From positions 1 to 42,845 of the forward strand of contig JBOGZI010000160.1 of NCBI GenBank assembly GCA_050697275.1: a stretch of 42,845 bases of DNA. The letters run 5' to 3'. Under the pieces are notes generated by a model. It did no database searches. It was not told the DNA's origin and saw only the letters and a list, made by a program, of their open reading frames with translations. The DNA comes from Solirubrobacterales bacterium (GTDB taxonomy: Bacteria > Actinomycetota > Thermoleophilia > Solirubrobacterales > 70-9). Shown piece by piece: positions 36,852 through 42,845 of the stretch; positions within the stretch are counted from its first letter, which is position 1, and the number at the start of each line of letters is the position of its first letter. The position numbers and the translations under genes were made by a program.

Positions 36852-39618
36852 GGCCCCGTCCGTATCGGTGGTGATCCCCACCCATCAACGCCGCGATCTG
36901 GTGCGCCAGGCGGTGCGCAGCGTCCTCGCTCAGACCTACCGCGACTTCGAGCTGATCGTGGTGGACGACGGCTCCAGCGACGGGACCCGCGAGGCCCTGG
37001 ACGGGCTGGACCCGAGGATCCGCTACCGGTGGCAGCCGAACCGGGGAGCGGGCGCCGCCCGTAACGCCGGCTTGCGGCTGGCCCGGGGCTCGATCGTCGC
37101 CTTCCTGGACTCGGACAACCTCTGGACTCCCGAGCACCTCGAGACGCTGACCCGGGCGCTCGAGGGGCACCCGGAGGCGGACATCGCCTACACGGGGCTG
37201 GGCCGTGCTGGGGGCGAAACCCGAGTCAAGGCCCCGATCGCCGACCTGCTTCATGGAAACATCGTTCCCTTCACCTCGGGAGTGGCGCTGCGCCGGGAGG
37301 TGGCCCTCGGGGCAGATGGCTTCGACGAGCGGTTGGCGGTGGGCGAGGACGCGGACCTCTGGATGCGGCTCGCGCTGCGAGGCTCGCGCTTCGCGATCCC
37401 GCCGCAGCGCACGGTGATTCGCCGCGCGATCCGGAATTCCCTCACCAGTGAGCGGGGAACCGGCGACTACGCGGAGGCCGCCGAGATCGGCGCCCGGCGT
37501 GCGATCGCCGAGCTGGAGGGCGCACGGGGAGAGGAGGCGGCGCGCCGCCTAGCCCTAGCCCGCGGGCGCTACGCGCTGATCGAGGCCGTGCGCGCGCTCG
37601 GCACGGACGACGGGGATGAGCTGAGGCGGAAGCTCCGAGAGGCGTGCAGGCTGCTGCCGGAGCTGGCCGAGCACCCCCGATCGGTGGCCAGTCACATCCG
37701 GTACGACCTGCCGAGCTCGGCCAAGCGCTCCGAAGTCGCGGCCCGATTGGCCGGGGTCGCGCGCGCCTGGCCGCTGCCCCGCTCCGATCCCTCGCGCGTC
37801 TTGGCGGCCGAGGCCCTGGTCGAGGCCGGCCTGAGCGGGCGTCCCCGCGAGATCGCGCGAACCGCTCGCGCCGCGCCCACCGGCCCGGCGCTTCCGTTCA
37901 TCGTCGGTGAGCTGCGGGCCGCCGCCCGCGCTCGGATCCGCGAGGAGCTGCGCGCTCGAATGGACCGGGCCCGAGGATTGCGAGCACGCCCGCAACGGTT
38001 GGATCTCACGGCCCAGCGCCTCCTGGTTCGCATCGCCAACGGGCTCCTGGCCGGGGTGAGCCGGCGCGGCTACGAGGCTCTGGCTCGGGTGGCCGCGTCC
38101 TACCTGGTCGCCGGAACCGGAGCCGCCGCGTATCTCAAGGGCAGCGTCGGCAGGGGCGAGCCGCTCTACGGCGTCTCGGACATCGATCTCGCGATCGTGC
38201 TCCCCGGCGGCGTCGGCGACGAGGCGATCGAGCGCCGGATCAACGATCGCTGGCGCCGCCTCCGCGGTCGCCTGCCGACGCTGTGCCGTGCCCTGTTCGA
38301 ACGGCCGCGCATCTACAGGCGAGAGGAGCTGAGCGCCAGCACGCTCCTCCACGGGCTGAGCGCGGACCGGGACCACTGGCGCCCACGGCCTTCCTCCAGG
38401 GAGCGCCGCCGCGAGCGGGGCGGCTCGGAGCGGCCCGGACTGTACGGGCCCGCCCCTGACTGGCGCCGGATCCGCGGGCGCGAGACGGCCGTGCCGCCGA
38501 GGGCCTGGGCGGATGCGGGCGAGCTCTGGCCGGCCGCCTGGCTGGAGCTCCAGTTCTGGTGGCTTCAGGCTTTCAAGGCATGCGCCAGCCCGGACGCCCT
38601 CTGGAAGCGGTATCTGTGCGCGAAGCTGGTGCTCGAGCCGGCGCGCGTCTGGCTCTGGGTGGCGCACGGTGAGCGGCCGGAGAGCTGGCAGGAGCTCGCT
38701 CGGAGGGCGTCCGCGAGGCTTCCCGAGGAGGCGCCGGCGCTGCGAGGCGCCCTCGCCTTGCGGGACTCGATCAGCCGGTCAGTGCGGGTGCCCCTCGGCG
38801 CCTCGCTTGCGGCGTTGGCGCGCATCTCGGATCGGGTTGCGGCCGAGCTCACTGCGCCCGTCCAGTCGAGCGCGGCCACCCAGGTCCGTCTGCGCTGGGG
38901 CGGTGCCGGTGAGATCGTCACCGACGCCGACACCGACGCAGCGGGGACGGGGGCGGCGCTCGGCTGCGGCCCGGCATCGCCGCCGCTGCCGCTGGTCGAC
39001 TGGAGGGCACGCGTCTGGTCGGGACCGCCCGATGAGGCCCTGAGCCCGATCCCCGGAGATCTCGACCCGGCCCTGCTCGGGGCGGCCGCCCACGAGGGCG
39101 ATGCGGGCGCCTACCCGGCCCTGCGTTGCGGCGGGCTCCTGCTCCTGCCCTCGCTGAAGCGGGCAAGGTTGCGGGCCGTTCAATGTGCCGCCACCGACCC
39201 GGTTTCGTTCGCGCTGCTCGATGGATCCGATTGGGCCGAGTTCCCCGACATCCCAGGATGGTCCGTCCAGGACTCCGCCCGCCGGGCGGTCGCCGAGCAT
39301 CTGGGCGCGCTGGAGCGGCTCGAGGCCGGCGGCGATCCCGATGGGGAGGCTCTGGGCAGGCTGTTCACCGCAGCCCGGGCGGCGAACCTGCTGGAGGGCA
39401 TCCACTCCGGGCAGCCAGAGCTCGACCTGACCGTCGCCGCGATCGCCGCTCGGCTGCGCGGCTCTCCCTCGGTGGGCTCGGGACTCGCCGATCAGGCGCT
39501 GGCGGAGCTGCGACGCTCCAGGATCCACCGCGAGCCTCCCGATGCCGCCCTGGTCGACGCCCTGCGGCGGGGGGTCGCCGCCCTGCCCGCCTTCAAGCTC
39601 GGGCTCGAGCGCCGGTGA
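36844..39618 (+). CDS. Multidomain protein: N-terminal GT2 domain + central Pol-beta-type nucleotidyltransferase motif + ~450-aa uncharacterised C-terminal region
   Basis: 924 aa. GT2: VSVVIPTHQRRDLV...YRDFELIVVDDGSSDGT...FLDSDN (aa ~6-215). NTase signature GSVGRGEPLYGVSDIDLAIV at aa 433-452 (nt 38140-38199). I recognise no family in the remainder. Confidence 0.8.
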   Translation: MSEAPSVSVVIPTHQRRDLVRQAVRSVLAQTYRDFELIVVDDGSSDGTREALDGLDPRIRYRWQPNRGAGAARNAGLRLARGSIVAFLDSDNLWTPEHLETLTRALEGHPEADIAYTGLGRAGGETRVKAPIADLLHGNIVPFTSGVALRREVALGADGFDERLAVGEDADLWMRLALRGSRFAIPPQRTVIRRAIRNSLTSERGTGDYAEAAEIGARRAIAELEGARGEEAARRLALARGRYALIEAVRALGTDDGDELRRKLREACRLLPELAEHPRSVASHIRYDLPSSAKRSEVAARLAGVARAWPLPRSDPSRVLAAEALVEAGLSGRPREIARTARAAPTGPALPFIVGELRAAARARIREELRARMDRARGLRARPQRLDLTAQRLLVRIANGLLAGVSRRGYEALARVAASYLVAGTGAAAYLKGSVGRGEPLYGVSDIDLAIVLPGGVGDEAIERRINDRWRRLRGRLPTLCRALFERPRIYRREELSASTLLHGLSADRDHWRPRPSSRERRRERGGSERPGLYGPAPDWRRIRGRETAVPPRAWADAGELWPAAWLELQFWWLQAFKACASPDALWKRYLCAKLVLEPARVWLWVAHGERPESWQELARRASARLPEEAPALRGALALRDSISRSVRVPLGASLAALARISDRVAAELTAPVQSSAATQVRLRWGGAGEIVTDADTDAAGTGAALGCGPASPPLPLVDWRARVWSGPPDEALSPIPGDLDPALLGAAAHEGDAGAYPALRCGGLLLLPSLKRARLRAVQCAATDPVSFALLDGSDWAEFPDIPGWSVQDSARRAVAEHLGALERLEAGGDPDGEALGRLFTAARAANLLEGIHSGQPELDLTVAAIAARLRGSPSVGSGLADQALAELRRSRIHREPPDAALVDALRRGVAALPAFKLGLERR

Positions 39619-40451
39619 TGCTGCCGAACCTGGTCGTGATCGGCGCCCGGAAGGGCGGCACGACCAGCCTCTATCACTACCTGCGCCATCACCCCGAGGT
39701 CACCATGTCCCGCGAGAAGGAGCTTCGCTTCTTCGTCAGACCCGAGCGGTGGCGACTTGGTCCGGACTGGTACGCCGGGCACTTCGCGGATGCCCGCACC
39801 CCCATTCGAGGCGAGGTCTCCCCCCAGTACACGGCCTACCCACGCGAGCCGAGGGTCGCGGAGCGCATGCACAGCATCCTCCCCGACACCAAGCTGATCT
39901 ACATGGTGCGGGACCCGATCGAGCGAATCGTCTCCGCCTACGTCGCCAGGTACGCCGAACGCGAGGAGCACGAGCCCTTCGCCGAAACGGTGCTTTCCGA
40001 CGGGAAGGGTCTCTACGTCAACGAGAGCTCGTACCACATGCAGCTCGAGCGGTACCTCCGCCACTATTCGCTGGAGCGGATCCTGATCATCAGCCAGGAG
40101 GAGCTGCTCCGGGCACGCCGGCGCACGCTCCGCACGATCTTCCGGTTCCTGGGTGTGAATCCCTCCTTCGACAGCCCGCGCTTCGATCACATGAGCAACC
40201 ACTGGAGCCACCTGCGGCGAGTGAGGGGACCCCGCTGGCTCTCGGTCGGGCCGAACCCGAAGGCGACCGGCCGCCTGCCATGGAAGGTCCGGGCGCGGGT
40301 GAAGCGTGCCCTCTACCGACCGCTGTCGAGGCGAGTTGATCGGCCGGTCATCGATCCGGCCGTACGCGAGGCGCTGGCCGAGCGGCTCTCGCCGGACGTC
40401 GAGCGCCTGCGGCGGCTGACGGGCCGAAGCTTCGAGGAGTGGTCGATCTAG
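39618..40451 (+). CDS. PAPS-dependent sulfotransferase family protein
   Basis: ATG 39618 shares one base with the upstream TGA (gTGATG); the track start 39126 is rejected. 5'-PSB loop VVIGARKGGTTSL and 3'-PB motif YMVRDPIERIVSAY. 277 aa. Confidence 0.85.
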   Translation: MLPNLVVIGARKGGTTSLYHYLRHHPEVTMSREKELRFFVRPERWRLGPDWYAGHFADARTPIRGEVSPQYTAYPREPRVAERMHSILPDTKLIYMVRDPIERIVSAYVARYAEREEHEPFAETVLSDGKGLYVNESSYHMQLERYLRHYSLERILIISQEELLRARRRTLRTIFRFLGVNPSFDSPRFDHMSNHWSHLRRVRGPRWLSVGPNPKATGRLPWKVRARVKRALYRPLSRRVDRPVIDPAVREALAERLSPDVERLRRLTGRSFEEWSI

Positions 40452-40571
40452 TGGCCTCCCACCGATCGCGCCAGGCCGCGCTGCTCCAGCAGTCGGGCGA
40501 AGCCGCCGACGGCTTCCACGACCACGGCTGCGCTCAACTCCGCTCCCGGGTGGCCGCGGAGGCCGGAATGC

Positions 40572-41669
40572 GTGGCAATCAGGCTCCCGGTCGCCTCCAT
40601 CCGGCCCAGCGTAGTCATACTGCCTGCCTTGGGGCCGAGAGCTCGTACAAGCCCGGCCGTCAGCGACGACGCGGTCGGGACGTCGGTCGATCTCGACCTC
40701 TACGGGTTGGGCGCCCGCATCAGCGGGGACTGGCCGGAGGTGGTGGAGAGCCTGCGGCTCGACTTCGCCTGGTTCGCGCGGCCGCTCGCGGTCGCGCCTC
40801 AGCTCGAGGTGGTGATCGAGCGCCGACCGCCGGAGCTCGACTCCATGGGGAACCTGAGCGCGAGCTTCGTCACCCCCCGGAACGTCGTCTACCAGGACGG
40901 CGGCCGGACCGTGATCGACTACTTCGGCCAGGCGGTCTCGGTGCTGGACCGGGCGGCGCAGCGCCTGGTGATCCAGGGCGAGGACGAGGGCGTCCTCCAC
41001 CAGGCCGGCTACCTCTTCCTGCTTTCGCGACTGGGCGAGCATCTCGACGCGCGCGGGCTGCCCAGGCTTCACGGCCTGGGGTTGGCGGGGGCGGACGGCG
41101 GGGTTGTCACCCTCCTGCCCTCGGGCGGGGGCAAGACCTCACTCGCGCTGGAGGCCCTGCGCTCCTCGGGAGTGAAGCTGATCTCGGAGGACAGCCCCCT
41201 GATCGATCGACGTGGCCGGCTCCATCCGCTCCCGCTACGCATCGGCATCCACCCGGACGAGGCGGCGCGGGTCGGCGAGCAGGACCTGCGGAGAATCGAC
41301 CGGATGGAGTTCGGCCCCAAGCTCGCGATCGAGGTGAGCAGCTTTCGGGATCGAATTGCGACCGAGCCGGTGCCGCTGCGCCACCTGGTCATCGGCCAGC
41401 GCCGGCTCGGCACGGAGGCGCGGCTGGAGCAGGTCCCCCGCCGGGTCGCGATCGGGCCGCTGTTTCGCGAGGCGGTCGTCGGCGTCGGCCTCTACCAGGG
41501 GATGGAGTTCGTGCTCCAGCGGGGGATCAGCGACGTCCGCCATCACGCCGGGACGGCGATCATGCGGGCCCTGTGGTGCGCGATCGGACTGGGGCAGGCG
41601 AAGGTGTGGCGCCTGGAGACGGGACGCGACCACGAGCGCAACTGGGCGGCCCTGCGGCGGCTGCTGTGA
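40572..41669 (+). CDS. HPr kinase/phosphorylase C-terminal-domain-like P-loop protein (HprK-related kinase)
   Basis: P-loop LLPSGGGKTSLALEAL followed by LISEDSPLI, the arrangement seen in HprK C-domain relatives. There is no N-terminal HprK domain. The start is uncertain between GTG 40572 (track) and TTG 40629. Confidence 0.7.
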   Translation: MAIRLPVASIRPSVVILPALGPRARTSPAVSDDAVGTSVDLDLYGLGARISGDWPEVVESLRLDFAWFARPLAVAPQLEVVIERRPPELDSMGNLSASFVTPRNVVYQDGGRTVIDYFGQAVSVLDRAAQRLVIQGEDEGVLHQAGYLFLLSRLGEHLDARGLPRLHGLGLAGADGGVVTLLPSGGGKTSLALEALRSSGVKLISEDSPLIDRRGRLHPLPLRIGIHPDEAARVGEQDLRRIDRMEFGPKLAIEVSSFRDRIATEPVPLRHLVIGQRRLGTEARLEQVPRRVAIGPLFREAVVGVGLYQGMEFVLQRGISDVRHHAGTAIMRALWCAIGLGQAKVWRLETGRDHERNWAALRRLL

Positions 41670-41690
41670 GCACGTAGGGTCGGCGGCGAA

Positions 41691-42845
41691 GTGGGCGCCA
41701 CGGATGCATCCGCCCGCCGCCGGAAGTGGTGGGGGTGGGGATACGAGGACCAGCAGGCGGACCGGGCGACGCTCGAGGGGATCGCCGCGGGGGTTCGTGA
41801 CCGTCTCGGCTTCGAGGTCTCGGAGATCGAGGATCCCGTCCCGCTCGAGGCGATCGAGCTGCCCGAGCCGCGGCTGCGCGCGCCGGAGGAGCTGGCCGAC
41901 ATGTTCTCGGCCGGCCGCTACGAGCGCGTCGCCCACGCGCTCGGCAAGGCCTATCGCGACGTGGTGCGCGGCTTTCGCGGAGAGTTCGCCAACCCCCCCG
42001 ATCTGGTCGCATACCCGCGCTCGCCCGAGGACGTCGACGCCGTCCTCAACTACTGCGTCGATGCGGGCGCGGCGGCGATCCCCTATGGCGGCGGCACCAG
42101 CGTCGTCGGAGGGGTCGAGCCGCGGATGCGAGACGAGTACCCCGCGGTGGTCTCAATCGACCTCGGCCGGATGAACCGCGTGCTCGAGGTGGACGCGACC
42201 TCGCAGGCGGCCCGGATCCAGGCGGGGGCCACCGGGCCGGAGCTCGAGGAGCAGCTGCGCGAGCACGGGCTCACCCTGCGCCACTTCCCGCAGTCGTTCG
42301 AGTACTCGACCCTGGGCGGCTGGATCGCGACTCGGGCCGGCGGGCACTTCGCGACGCTCTACACCCACATCGACGACCTGGTGGAGTCGGTGCGGGCGAT
42401 CACCCCGGCCGGGGAGTGGCGCAGCCGGCGGCTGCCCGGCTCCGGCGCCGGCCCCAGCCCCGATCGGATGCTGATCGGCTCCGAGGGGATCCTCGGGGTG
42501 ATCGTCGAGGCCTGGATGCGGGTGCGCGAGCGCCCCACCCACAAGCTCAGCTGCGGGGTCGCCTTCGACGACTTCGCGGCGGGCGCCGAGGCGGTGCGCG
42601 AGATCTCCCAGTCCGATCTGCATCCCTCCAACTGCCGGCTGCTGGACGCGATCGAGTCGGAGACGACCTCGGCCGGCCCGCCCGGGAAGTCCCTGCTCGT
42701 GCTCGGCTTCGAGTCCGCCCACCATCCCGTCGACGGGCCGATGCAGCTCGCTCTCGAGGCGGCGCGCGGCCACGGCGGCGAGCCCGGCGAGCTCAAGGGG
42801 GGCGGCGGCACGGGCGGCGACGCTGACCGGTCCGGTCGCCAGGCC
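41691..42845 (+). CDS. FAD-linked oxidase, alkyl-DHAP synthase (AGPS)-like; 3' end outside window
   Basis: It is not in the ORF track because it has no stop in the window. GTG 41691 is the first start after an in-frame TGA, and the frame is open for 385 codons to base 42845. Motifs: RRKWWGWGYEDQ (cf. the KWNGWGY motif of AGPS), IPYGGGTSVVGG, FPQSFEYSTLGGWIATRAGGHFATLYTHIDDLV, GSEGILGVI. Confidence 0.8.
   Translation, partial: MGATDASARRRKWWGWGYEDQQADRATLEGIAAGVRDRLGFEVSEIEDPVPLEAIELPEPRLRAPEELADMFSAGRYERVAHALGKAYRDVVRGFRGEFANPPDLVAYPRSPEDVDAVLNYCVDAGAAAIPYGGGTSVVGGVEPRMRDEYPAVVSIDLGRMNRVLEVDATSQAARIQAGATGPELEEQLREHGLTLRHFPQSFEYSTLGGWIATRAGGHFATLYTHIDDLVESVRAITPAGEWRSRRLPGSGAGPSPDRMLIGSEGILGVIVEAWMRVRERPTHKLSCGVAFDDFAAGAEAVREISQSDLHPSNCRLLDAIESETTSAGPPGKSLLVLGFESAHHPVDGPMQLALEAARGHGGEPGELKGGGGTGGDADRSGRQA

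Noticed and set aside
40448-40618. 56-codon minus-strand ORF (MTTLGRMEATGSLIATHSGLRGHPGAELSAAVVVEAVGGFARLLEQRGLARSVGGH) in the gap between the sulfotransferase and the HprK-like gene.
   Set aside because: It has a weak RBS and no recognisable motif, and it overlaps the kinase ORF if that gene starts at 40572. In high-GC DNA it is indistinguishable from a chance ORF. It is worth re-examining only if it is conserved.
30571-41669. Interpretation as a lasso-peptide or other RiPP cluster, based on the ABC transporter + kinase + NTase + sulfotransferase content.
   Set aside because: The window contains no Asn-synthetase-like cyclase, transglutaminase-like protease, PqqD/RRE protein or plausible short precursor ORF. 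The dominant content is GT2 enzymes and an ABC-2 (glycan-type) exporter.
41667-41693. The HprK-like gene and the AGPS-like gene are in the same reading frame, separated by TGA plus 7 codons. This raised the possibility of stop-codon readthrough or a selenocysteine fusion.
   Set aside because: Sharing a frame has a 1-in-3 chance expectation. No SECIS-like hairpin is evident in the 21-nt spacer, and a GTG start follows directly.

Overview
High-GC (roughly 70%) actinobacterial-type chromosomal window. I saw no rRNA, tRNA, CRISPR array, transposase or integrase. The left two thirds are core functions: BfrB-like ferritin, an arginine decarboxylase-agmatinase operon, a SigB/F-type sigma factor with a convergent RsbV/RsbW partner-switching pair, and a PucR-linked putrescine-to-GABA module (class-III aminotransferase, alanine dehydrogenase, PatD-like aldehyde dehydrogenase). 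These are followed by AzlCD, two tandem NlpC/P60 hydrolase paralogs each behind a ydaO-type (c-di-AMP) riboswitch, an SDR, aconitase, and a 1460-aa lipoyl-lipoyl-PSBD-E2o-E1o (Kgd) fusion. The right third (28.5-42.8 kb) looks like an accessory envelope locus. It holds a two-domain fatty acyl-CoA reductase, a fused Wzt-Wzm ABC-2 exporter, and a ~2.3 kb lower-GC insert with two GT2 genes flanked by decayed genes. Next comes a translationally coupled GT2 / GT2 / GT2-nucleotidyltransferase / sulfotransferase chain, then an HprK-like P-loop kinase and an AGPS-like FAD oxidase that runs off the window. That last module is my best candidate for an undescribed system; its function is inference only. 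Many long ORFs in the track are antisense GC artefacts. The track uses GTG/TTG starts, over-extends several N-termini, and omits ORFs that are open at the window edges.
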